Part shown: in pieces, positions 56,240 through 64,000 of the stretch | How positions within the stretch are numbered: the first letter of the stretch is position 1 | Layout: each line of letters begins with the position of its first letter | Assembly (NCBI GenBank): GCA_937899395.1 | Contig: CALBPU010000181.1 | Span: 4,297-68,296, forward strand | Direction of reading: 5' to 3' | DNA from: an uncultured Fretibacterium sp. | Lineage (GTDB): Bacteria; Synergistota; Synergistia; Synergistales; Aminobacteriaceae | Length of the DNA: 64,000 bases | Notes under the pieces: model-generated | The model's input: only the letters and a program-made list of their open reading frames with translations | What the model was told of the DNA's origin: nothing | The model's database searches: none | Translations under genes and position numbers: made by a program

Positions 56240-57072
56240 TTATTTTAACCGTTTAGATTTTCTGGGATTATTTAATTTTTCCGGTAATCCTCTATAACGT
56301 AAATATTCCGAAAAAGAAGAAATATTTTTATAAATACCGTTTTTGTTTTGAATTTTTATCTTTCCGAAATTTGCCCAATAATCATCAAATAATTCTTCTC
56401 CAGCTTTTGCAAAAACACCGTTACTGTTTAATATATCGTCAATAAATTGAATACTACCTATGTTAGCTGTATTACCACTGCCGCTTTTATCACTTGCAAT
56501 TTTCCATTTTTCTGCTGCAAAGAAAATAAAATCTTTTATGACAGCAGGAATATTTTCAATATCATCTACGGAAAAAATTTTTGCTTCATAAAGTTCTGAA
56601 ATATTTCTCGAATAAATTATCCCTAAACAAAAATGTCCGCTATATTGATTATATGGATATTGTATATTTTTAGTGCTGTTTCGTTCTGTAAAATATTCGC
56701 CGTGTGAACCCAATGTAAAACCATTGCAAAAATCTTTATATTTTTCATCTCGGTATGTAGTTTTTAAGTCAACAGCAAATTTGATTCCAGAATTTTTCTT
56801 TGATACAAAAGTAAAATCAGGATACCAATTTTGTTTTTCAGCAGGCTCAATTTCGTAATCTATATGTTCTGCAAAACATAAAAATTCAGGTACAAATGAA
56901 GCTCAAGTATTTTCGAGATAACTTTTGAATCCGTCGTCAACGGATAAATATTTCTAAAAATATCTATAAAGCCTCTAATTGTCCATTCATTTTTGCTTAA
57001 AATTTTTGACGGAAGATTATCAGCAAATAATCTTAAATTTTCAAAAAACTTTTCCTTTTCTATTTTATACAT
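56240..57072 (-). pseudogene. EcoRV-family type IIP restriction endonuclease, split by a 1-nt frameshift near 56897-56903
   Basis: ORF 56860-57072 (..IYPLTTDSKVISKILELH) matches the R.EcoRV N-terminus (..IYPLGSDTKVLSTIFELF). Reading frame +1 from about 56900 gives SFVPEFLCFAEHIDYEIEPAEKQNWYPDFTFVSKKNSGIKFAVDLKTTY..., which runs into ORF 56240-56713 (NSTKNIQYPYNQY.., WKIASDKSGSGNTANIGSI). PD and DLK sit 16 residues apart, as for EcoRV D74/D90/K92. Confidence 0.8.
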
Positions 57073-57551
57073 GCTGAATAACGCTCTCTCAATTTTTCAA
57101 ATACTGTTTCAGGCACAACATCTTTAACCGTTCCGCCGAAATGAAAAATTTCTCTCACACTTGAGCTTGATACATACGAATATTTCGGATCAGTTACGAT
57201 GAAAAATGTTTCAATATCAGTAGCTAACTGACGGTTCATTAATGCCATTTGAAATTCATACTCAAAATCTGACATGGCACGCAATCCACGAATTATTACC
57301 CCTGCGTTGCATTGTTTGACATAATCAACCAATAATCCGTTGAAACTATCGACTTTAATATTTTTAATATGCGCTAAAGATTCTCGAGCCATTTCACAAC
57401 GTTCTTCAACCGTAAATGCCCCTTGCTTGCGTTCGTTTATTAAGATACTGACGATTACTTCATCAAAAATTTTCGCAGCCCTTTCAGCGATGTATATATG
57501 GCCATTAGTTATAGGATCAAATGAACCCGGATATACTGCTTTGATTTTCAT
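57060..57551 (-). CDS. coaD: Phosphopantetheine adenylyltransferase
   Basis: AVYPGSFDPITNGHIYI (T/HxGH), ISSSxVRE-type motif (VSSSSVREI); 163 aa. Confidence 0.95.
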   Translation of the reverse strand: MKIKAVYPGSFDPITNGHIYIAERAAKIFDEVIVSILINERKQGAFTVEERCEMARESLAHIKNIKVDSFNGLLVDYVKQCNAGVIIRGLRAMSDFEYEFQMALMNRQLATDIETFFIVTDPKYSYVSSSSVREIFHFGGTVKDVVPETVFEKLRERYSACIK

Positions 57552-58915
57552 TTTTTCACCTTTTCTACAAAAATTTTAGGCTCAAAAATTATTTTCCCGT
57601 AAATTACAAACGTTTGAAGAAGTGAAAGCAATTCCGCTACAGGTAACGCCCATATTAAACCGTATTCTCCCATAAAATAATTCATTATGAACAATGCCGG
57701 AACATATAATAAACATTGTCTGCAAACGCTCAATATAAACGAAGCCTTTGCCGCTCCCATTGCCTGCAATGCGTTTACGAATATGAAAAATACCGCAAAT
57801 AATACGCTCGAACTTAATTTGATACGCAAAAATTTCATGGCGTAATTAAAAGCGTTAGGCTCAATCAAAAATACTCGAACAATATTTCCCGTGAATATGT
57901 AGCACATCATCACCATAAATAAACTTACCGAAATCGTAAGCTTCAAAGCAAATTTCAACATTGCTTTATATCTATCCCAATCCTTAGCTCCCACACAAAA
58001 GCCCAATAAAGGTTGAACACCCTGCCCTGAACCCATTGCTATTAAACAGGCTATCTGTTCAATTCTCATCGTTACTCCTGCTGCTGCTATTGCCATATCT
58101 CCGTAAGCCGACATTAAAGAGTTCATTATCATTTGAGAAATGCTCATCAAAAACGGATCTAAACATGCCGGAATACCTATTGCTATAACTCCTGTAGCTA
58201 TTCCGTTATTAAACTTGAAATTTTTAATATTTATTCGTAATGATGACTGCCCTGACAAAAAATATCCGATGTAATATGCTGCTCCTGCGACTGTTCCTAA
58301 TACTGTTGCAATAGCTGCTCCCGTTATTCCCATTTTCATATACAATATCATAATCGGATCAAGAATTATATTTAGGACGTTGCCTATGATCTGTCCGTTC
58401 ATTGCCTGAGTTGCATGACCTTCAGCTCTTAATATTCCTCCCGAAGCCATGCTGAATAACACGAAAGGTGCCGAAGCTATTACTATGGAAAGATAACTGA
58501 ACGACGGAACAAAAGTTTCAATGCTGGCTCCTATTAATATCAAAATTTTTCCTATGAACACAGTAAATATTATCGTCATTATTAAGCCTGTAATAATTCC
58601 GGCCCATATACAAAACGAGGCGATATTATTCGCTTTTTTATGTTCACCTGCTCCTAAAGCTCTTGAGATACATGACATTCCTCCGGCCATGAAAACTATT
58701 CCGCACGTTATCAAAAGCATAAACACAGGAGAAGCTAAAGAAACTGCGGCAATTTGTATAGGATCATTAGTCTGAGCAATGAAAAAAGTATCGGCAAGAT
58801 TATATATGAGTATCATTAACTCAACTATGACTGCCGGGATAATATTTGAAATTACCTGTCTGTGTATTGATTTTGAATCTGATTTTGAACGCAAAATGTT
58901 TATCTGTCCTTTCAA
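57548..58915 (-). CDS. MATE-family efflux transporter
   Basis: 455 aa, 12 TM segments, internal two-fold repeat, typical MATE N-terminal pattern. It overlaps coaD by 4 nt. Confidence 0.85.
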   Translation of the reverse strand: MKGQINILRSKSDSKSIHRQVISNIIPAVIVELMILIYNLADTFFIAQTNDPIQIAAVSLASPVFMLLITCGIVFMAGGMSCISRALGAGEHKKANNIASFCIWAGIITGLIMTIIFTVFIGKILILIGASIETFVPSFSYLSIVIASAPFVLFSMASGGILRAEGHATQAMNGQIIGNVLNIILDPIMILYMKMGITGAAIATVLGTVAGAAYYIGYFLSGQSSLRINIKNFKFNNGIATGVIAIGIPACLDPFLMSISQMIMNSLMSAYGDMAIAAAGVTMRIEQIACLIAMGSGQGVQPLLGFCVGAKDWDRYKAMLKFALKLTISVSLFMVMMCYIFTGNIVRVFLIEPNAFNYAMKFLRIKLSSSVLFAVFFIFVNALQAMGAAKASFILSVCRQCLLYVPALFIMNYFMGEYGLIWALPVAELLSLLQTFVIYGKIIFEPKIFVEKVKK

Positions 58916-58955
58916 GTTTTTATCAAGTATAAGCGATTATAACAGAATAAAAATT

Positions 58956-59444
58956 TTATGTCTTTTTCATGAAAGTTAAGCAAGTCTCCCCGTAATCACG
59001 CTGCGAAATTATTTCGAGATTATGGGGATTATCCTTTAATGTCAAAGGTTCTCTGACTGAATGTTCAATGATTAAGACCGCTTCATCGGCAAAAATTTTG
59101 TTGAGATTTTGCAATGTCGGTAAAACTTCACACCAACCCGAATTATAAGGAGGATCAGCGAAAATTATATCGAATTTCATTTCACGTTTTACAAGCCACG
59201 TTAAAGCACGCCTTATATCGAGCGACAATATCAAAGATTTTTCGGAGGAAAAATTTTTTATGGCTTCAGCACGACTTTTAACACTCTCAACAAAAACGCA
59301 TTCTTCAGCATTACGTTTAAGAGCCTCCAATCCTATTCGACCCGTACCTGCGAATAAATCCAAAAACTTTTTTCCCTCAATATCTCCGAGAATGTTAAAC
59401 AGAGCTGATAATACCCGTCCTGATGTAGGTCTTACGTCTTTCAT
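58956..59444 (-). CDS. rsmD: 16S rRNA (guanine966-N2)-methyltransferase RsmD
   Basis: RPTSGRV...FLDLFAGTGRIGLEAL (AdoMet motif I) and FADPPY (motif IV). Confidence 0.85.
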   Translation of the reverse strand: MKDVRPTSGRVLSALFNILGDIEGKKFLDLFAGTGRIGLEALKRNAEECVFVESVKSRAEAIKNFSSEKSLILSLDIRRALTWLVKREMKFDIIFADPPYNSGWCEVLPTLQNLNKIFADEAVLIIEHSVREPLTLKDNPHNLEIISQRDYGETCLTFMKKT

Positions 59445-60382
59445 AATTTCATGGCCGCATCATTCAGAGCTAAACGAACCGCCGGTGTTAAAAATGCGTC
59501 CGAAGTTTTGTCAAGCCTCACCAAAAATCCTTCATCACGAGGTGAAATGTTAATGTAAAATCTCTGTTCAAATTCATCATCACTCGTTAATGTCTCAAGC
59601 AAAAATTTTTTCTCATCATCAGAGCTTACGAAATATTTTCCGAATCGCCAATATGATTTTTTGTTTTCATCTTTTCCAGAAATATTTTTCAATGCTGCTA
59701 TGTCTTTTTCCGTGATTTTGTGATCTATTTTTATGTGCATTTCCTGCGATGTTCTCCGTGAAACTGTAAATGATTTTGTTTTTGTAAATACAAGCCTGAA
59801 AATTTTTTTCCCCTCTTCAAGCCATTTACGTTCATATTTTGTAGTAATTTTTCGTGAAGGATTGATTTCAAATTCACTGAGTTCTAATGCCTCGTGTCCT
59901 CCCAAAACTCCCTTAACTTCCTCCGAATAATTTTCGTCATCTGTCAACACCTCAAATTTTCCGCCAATCTTCAAAACTGCCGCTAATCCGTCCGAAAAAT
60001 CTTTTGCCGTAACTCTCCTGTGAGCTTGTTTGTTGCTGCTCCAAGGACAAGGGAATTGCATAAAAATTTTGTCGAGCGTTTCATCTTCAAATAATTCTCT
60101 TAACATATAACGAGCATCGGTGTTAATGATTTTGAGATTGTCGAGATTAGCTGCGCGCCTTGCACATCTTAAAACACATGACTGTGAAATTTCAATTCCG
60201 TATAACAAAATTTCGGGATTAGCTTTTGCATATTGAACCGTAAATTCTCCGTTGCCAAATCCGATTTCAAGTTCGGTGTGATTTTTAACAGGAAGAGGAG
60301 TTGAAAGACCGCTTTGAGATGAAATTATGATCTTATATTGCGGTCTTGCCTGTGTAGTTGCCGTCAAATCTAAAATGTCCAT
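59441..60382 (-). CDS. trmB: tRNA (guanine46-N7)-methyltransferase TrmB with a C-terminal extension of about 120 aa
   Basis: LEIGFGNGEF, QFPCPWSSNKQAHRRV (FPDPW.K..H.KRR-like). The catalytic core ends near residue 190, followed by an unassigned tail. Confidence 0.8.
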   Translation of the reverse strand: MDILDLTATTQARPQYKIIISSQSGLSTPLPVKNHTELEIGFGNGEFTVQYAKANPEILLYGIEISQSCVLRCARRAANLDNLKIINTDARYMLRELFEDETLDKIFMQFPCPWSSNKQAHRRVTAKDFSDGLAAVLKIGGKFEVLTDDENYSEEVKGVLGGHEALELSEFEINPSRKITTKYERKWLEEGKKIFRLVFTKTKSFTVSRRTSQEMHIKIDHKITEKDIAALKNISGKDENKKSYWRFGKYFVSSDDEKKFLLETLTSDDEFEQRFYINISPRDEGFLVRLDKTSDAFLTPAVRLALNDAAMKL

Positions 60383-61764
60383 GTAAAATCCGGAAGTCCT
60401 TCAGCCAAAATTCTCTCTTTAATATCGGCCATGATTTTTTTCAAAGCCTCTTCAGTTTTTCCTTCACATCTTATAACTATAACGGCCTGAGTATTTGAAG
60501 CCCTGATTAAGCCCCAACCGTCAGGATATAAAATCCTCACTCCGTCAATTATGCTGCATTCATATTTTTCGAGAGCCTTATCCTGAATTTTTTTCACAAC
60601 CTGAAATTTCGTTTCATCGCTGCAAGGTATTCTGATTTCTTCGGTTGAATTGTAAATCGGAATTGAAAGCATTAAACGAGAAAGAGATTCGTTTGATTTT
60701 GAGAGTATACGAAGCAAACGTCCTGCTGCATAAAAAGCATCATCATGGCCGAAAAATTCATCAGCGAAAAACATATGCCCCGAATATTCGCCTGCAAATA
60801 ACGCTCCTATCTCACGCATTTTAGCTTTGATTAAAGAATGTCCCGATTTCCAATATAAAACTTTACCGCCTAATTTTTCAGCGATTTCCGGCAATACTAA
60901 ACTGCATTTAGGTTCAACAATAACGCTTGTGCCTTTATGATTTGCTAAAATTTCCTTCCAATATAAAGTCATTAATCTGTCGCCAAAAATTACCTCGCCT
61001 TTATCATCTACAACTCCAATTCTGTCAGCATCTCCATCAAACGCAACTCCTAAATCAGCTCTAACTTCTTTTACTTTTTCAATGAGGCTTTTAAGATTTT
61101 CACGTTTTTGAGGATCAGGATGATGATTGGGGAAATGTCCGTCAGGTTCTTCAAATATTGAGACACATTCACAACCTAAAGCTTCAAAATATTTTCGAGC
61201 TGTTACTCCTGCTGCACCGTTGCCGGAATCACAAACTACTTTGAATTTTTGTCCGTTTTTAGTGAGAGGGACATTAAATTTCGATACTAACATTTTTATG
61301 TACTCGTCATTTATATCAGCTTGAGTTAATTTTCCGTTGCCTGTCTCAAAATTTCCGCTCTCAGCGATAAGCCTCATATTTTTAACGTCATCACCCCATA
61401 ACGTCCCGTGCTCAAAGCATAATTTTAATCCGTTCATTTGAGGTGGATTATGCGAACCTGTAATCATTACTCCGCCCGAAAAATTAAAGCGTATCAAACT
61501 CCAATATAACATCGGTGTTGTAACAAGTCCGACATCAACAACATTAAGACCTGTAGATAAAACGCCCTCAATTAAGGCTGATTTTATTCGAGGGGTTGAA
61601 AGTCTTGCGTCTCCTCCGACCGAAATTCCTCCCGTAACTCCTGCTCTGACTAACCATGAACCGTAAGCTTTGCCGATTAAATTTACAATTTCATCGGTTA
61701 ATTCTTTATCAGCTTCTCCGCGAATATCATATTCTCTGAAAATATTTTCAGGTATTTTTATCAT
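60370..61764 (-). CDS. Phosphomannomutase/phosphoglucomutase (alpha-D-phosphohexomutase family)
   Basis: Active-site TGSHNPP, Mg site FDGDADRIGVVD, sugar loop GEYSGH, phosphate-binding RASNTQ. Confidence 0.9.
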   Translation of the reverse strand: MIKIPENIFREYDIRGEADKELTDEIVNLIGKAYGSWLVRAGVTGGISVGGDARLSTPRIKSALIEGVLSTGLNVVDVGLVTTPMLYWSLIRFNFSGGVMITGSHNPPQMNGLKLCFEHGTLWGDDVKNMRLIAESGNFETGNGKLTQADINDEYIKMLVSKFNVPLTKNGQKFKVVCDSGNGAAGVTARKYFEALGCECVSIFEEPDGHFPNHHPDPQKRENLKSLIEKVKEVRADLGVAFDGDADRIGVVDDKGEVIFGDRLMTLYWKEILANHKGTSVIVEPKCSLVLPEIAEKLGGKVLYWKSGHSLIKAKMREIGALFAGEYSGHMFFADEFFGHDDAFYAAGRLLRILSKSNESLSRLMLSIPIYNSTEEIRIPCSDETKFQVVKKIQDKALEKYECSIIDGVRILYPDGWGLIRASNTQAVIVIRCEGKTEEALKKIMADIKERILAEGLPDFTWTF

Positions 61765-61934
61765 TAATCTATCTCCTTATGAGAAAAATTTTATTGCTAT
61801 TATTATAATTGTTTTATTAATTCATTGCCAGATAACAAATTTCATTTTGCTTTTTTGTACGAAATAGAGTAACATATATAAAATTCAATTTTAATAATGG
61901 CTACGGCCTAAAAAAGAAAGGATGTAATACAATA

Positions 61935-63215
61935 ATGAAGAAAGTTGTATCATTTTTAGTTGCACTGTTAGTGTGTTTCTCAGCTTTTTCTATTGCTTCT
62001 GCACAGACGGTTGAGGAAGTCATTAAGGAAGCTCAGAAGCTGACGTTGCAGGAGTTGTTCCAGAAAGCTATTGAAGAGAGCAACGGCAAAAGATTTGACG
62101 CTGTAGGAAACTCAAGTCGAGGCAAAAGTGTCCTTCCGTTGTTTGTTGAAGCCCTGCAAAAGATTAACCCCAAATACACCTTGAATTATGAGGGCGGTTG
62201 GCAGCAGCCTAAGGAAAACAAAATCTTCGATCAATTAACAGAAGATGTCAACGGCACTAATCATGTAATGTCAATGACGCTTATTCAAGACGGCAATCAG
62301 ATTCAGAGCAAGATGTTAAACACCGGACTGTTGTTAAACTTTGTGCCAAAGGATTGGATTGAAGCTGAAGGTCTTGCCAGAGAAAACAACGAAAATCCTT
62401 TAGCTTTGCAGATGTTGAACAAGGTTTTCATGTTTAATAATCTTGGTAAAAAAACCTTCAAAAACATGTGGGATTTTGTCAGAGAAGGTGAAGCGCCGCT
62501 TTTCATGGGTGTCAATTCCGAGTTAGTCGGAAAAAATTTCCTTTACATGATGACCAACGACAAATACGCTACGATTGCAAAGGAAGCCTATGAAGTTTGG
62601 GACGGTAAAAATGCAGAAGATGACGCTTTAATCGAGGATATGAAACAGGACGCAGCGGATCTCGGTTTATCAGGTGAGAATGTTCAATACGGCCTTGCTT
62701 GGGTATATCTCTGGTGTGAAAAATACAATGCCCAGACTGATGACGGCCCTATATGCAATACTTTAGTAACAAATTCTGCTGTAGATCAGTCAGGATTGTT
62801 AGTTTATTCAAAGTTGCGCAGCGTTGAGGAAACCCCTGAATCTTCCGTGAACAATATCACTGTTGCAGCTTACCAAGATGATTATGTAGGTATTGGCGGA
62901 TATGCTTATAAACATTATCTAATGTTGACAAAATCCAGCCCGTTGCCTTGGACATCATGTGCGCTTATTGCTTTCATGACCACAACAAAAGAAGGATTTG
63001 CAGCATGGGGAAAAGATATGGGCGGTTACGCTCCTGCTCCTGTATGTATGCAAGATCACAGTCATGACGGCGGCGATAAATTCCCTGCAAAGAACGATCG
63101 CGGTTATGATTGGTGGATTAATAAGGGAAAACTTGTTGTTGAGGATCCTGCTTACTGTGCTTCAGTTTCAGCCCAAATGAGTGATTGGGTTGACGGTATT
63201 GTAGCCGGCAAGTAG
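61935..63215 (+). CDS. ABC transporter periplasmic substrate-binding protein
   Basis: Signal peptide MKKVVSFLVALLVCFSAFSIASAQ and a two-lobe SBP of 426 aa, immediately upstream of a permease gene. Substrate not inferable. Confidence 0.65.
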   Translation: MKKVVSFLVALLVCFSAFSIASAQTVEEVIKEAQKLTLQELFQKAIEESNGKRFDAVGNSSRGKSVLPLFVEALQKINPKYTLNYEGGWQQPKENKIFDQLTEDVNGTNHVMSMTLIQDGNQIQSKMLNTGLLLNFVPKDWIEAEGLARENNENPLALQMLNKVFMFNNLGKKTFKNMWDFVREGEAPLFMGVNSELVGKNFLYMMTNDKYATIAKEAYEVWDGKNAEDDALIEDMKQDAADLGLSGENVQYGLAWVYLWCEKYNAQTDDGPICNTLVTNSAVDQSGLLVYSKLRSVEETPESSVNNITVAAYQDDYVGIGGYAYKHYLMLTKSSPLPWTSCALIAFMTTTKEGFAAWGKDMGGYAPAPVCMQDHSHDGGDKFPAKNDRGYDWWINKGKLVVEDPAYCASVSAQMSDWVDGIVAGK

Positions 63216-63236
63216 CATAATTGTGAGTATTGATGT

Positions 63237-63279
63237 AGGCGATGCATTGGGATTAAATTAACCTTTTGTATCGCCTTTT
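63237..63279 (+). terminator. Intercistronic hairpin (partial terminator/attenuator) between SBP and permease genes
   Basis: AGGCGAT (63237-63243) pairs with ATCGCCT (63270-63276), followed by TTTT. Confidence 0.4.
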
Positions 63280-63312
63280 CATTATCAAAATAAGAAAGAT
63301 TGGAGGATTTTT

Positions 63313-64000
63313 ATGACCGCTTCAACACCTCATCGAGCCAGTAAATTTCGACGAACTTGGAACAAATTTCATACTTACATCACAAAACCTCAAAACGCAA
63401 TTTTGCTGGCACTCGGTATTATATTGACAATTACGACTGTATTTCCTATGTATACAATAGTAAGAGATACAGTAAGACTGCACCCCGGAAGTATTGATTC
63501 ACAGGCGAATGCTGTTGCTTCTCAAAGTGAAGTTCTTGGAACAACTTTAACAAGTTACAACTGGAAAAATCTTTTTACAGCTAATATTACTACACGTATT
63601 GGACGAGAACGAGTTACAAGAAGTGTAGCATCTATTTATCTGTGGATACCGTTGTTAAACTCTGTATTGATTAGCATTTTTTCCTGTTTCGGTGCGATAT
63701 TATACGGCGGAGTTTTTGCTTATTTGGTAACAAGAACTAATTTGAAATTCAAAAAGTATTTAAGCTCAATTTTCATTTTTCCGTATATTATGCCGCAGTG
63801 GACATTAGCTGTTATGTGGCAAAATCTCTTTAACTCAAATGCTGTTACAGGCGGAAATGACGGTCTATTTGTTGCGCTCTTTAATGTTTACATGCCTAAA
63901 TGGTGGTGTGAAGGGATATTCCCTGTTTCGGTAGTGTTGGCAATTCACTACGCTCCTTTTGCATATATTTTAATCGGAGGTATTTTCCGAAATATGGACG
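63313..64000 (+). CDS. ABC transporter permease, N-terminal part (continues past window end)
   Basis: Own translation from ATG 63313 after a GGAGG RBS: MTASTPHRASKFRRTWNKFHTYITKPQNAILLALGIILTITTVFPMY... This gives a TM helix, a long periplasmic loop and further TM segments. The frame is open to the window end, so the gene is absent from the ORF track. Confidence 0.65.
   Translation, partial: MTASTPHRASKFRRTWNKFHTYITKPQNAILLALGIILTITTVFPMYTIVRDTVRLHPGSIDSQANAVASQSEVLGTTLTSYNWKNLFTANITTRIGRERVTRSVASIYLWIPLLNSVLISIFSCFGAILYGGVFAYLVTRTNLKFKKYLSSIFIFPYIMPQWTLAVMWQNLFNSNAVTGGNDGLFVALFNVYMPKWWCEGIFPVSVVLAIHYAPFAYILIGGIFRNMD

Noticed and set aside
55339-57100. Mobile-element boundaries (inverted or direct repeats, integrase, transposase) around the R-M cassette
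   Set aside because: I found no such genes or flanking repeats. Only composition and the overlap with coaD hint at insertion.
57548-59444. MATE gene separating the usually adjacent rsmD and coaD as a notable rearrangement
   Set aside because: All three genes are co-directional and tightly packed. A transporter gene inserted in this pair is unremarkable without comparative data.

Overview
Gene-dense 64-kb window with about 55 protein genes. I found no rRNA, tRNA, CRISPR array, transposase or integrase. Hand counts of single 60-nt lines give 30-32% GC in accessory genes and about 48% in housekeeping genes. All calls come from reading the ORF translations against remembered family motifs; no searches were run.

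The backbone is the housekeeping gene set of a diderm anaerobe:
- ligA-lysS facing radA, a desulfoferrodoxin-ferritin pair, htrA, lgt and purA.
- A long minus-strand operon: ppx-like, unknown ORF, ftsE, ftsX, two coiled-coil LytM/M23 proteins, S41 protease.
- dcd-nadK-recN-mgtE, then coaD, a MATE exporter, rsmD, trmB and a phosphohexomutase.
- TctC-type and ABC-type uptake genes at the two window edges.

One large exoprotein ends in what looks like a Synerg-CTERM sorting signal, so I tentatively place the organism in Synergistota.

Main observations worth a second look:
1. An isolated 1800-aa FliD (flagellar cap) homologue carries an insertion of about 1200 aa between canonical FliD termini. 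The insertion contains at least nine copies of an unrecognised Y-x-Y-G-x-D-F ... W module.
2. Two giant secreted proteins, 45 kb apart on opposite strands, share one architecture: signal peptide, papain-like Cys hydrolase, LRR arrays, then a shared C-terminal domain of about 105 aa that I cannot assign to a family. It is a candidate anchoring or secretion tag.
3. A tandemly duplicated alpha/beta-hydrolase exoprotein carries the Synerg-CTERM-like tail.
4. An EcoRV-family R-M pair is spliced onto the 3' end of coaD. The methyltransferase is intact. The endonuclease is split by a 1-nt frameshift, yet its PD...DxK catalytic residues are intact. In a manual pass I found no GATATC site anywhere in the 64 kb.
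5. There are structured leader elements in front of a cation/proton antiporter gene and in front of lgt.
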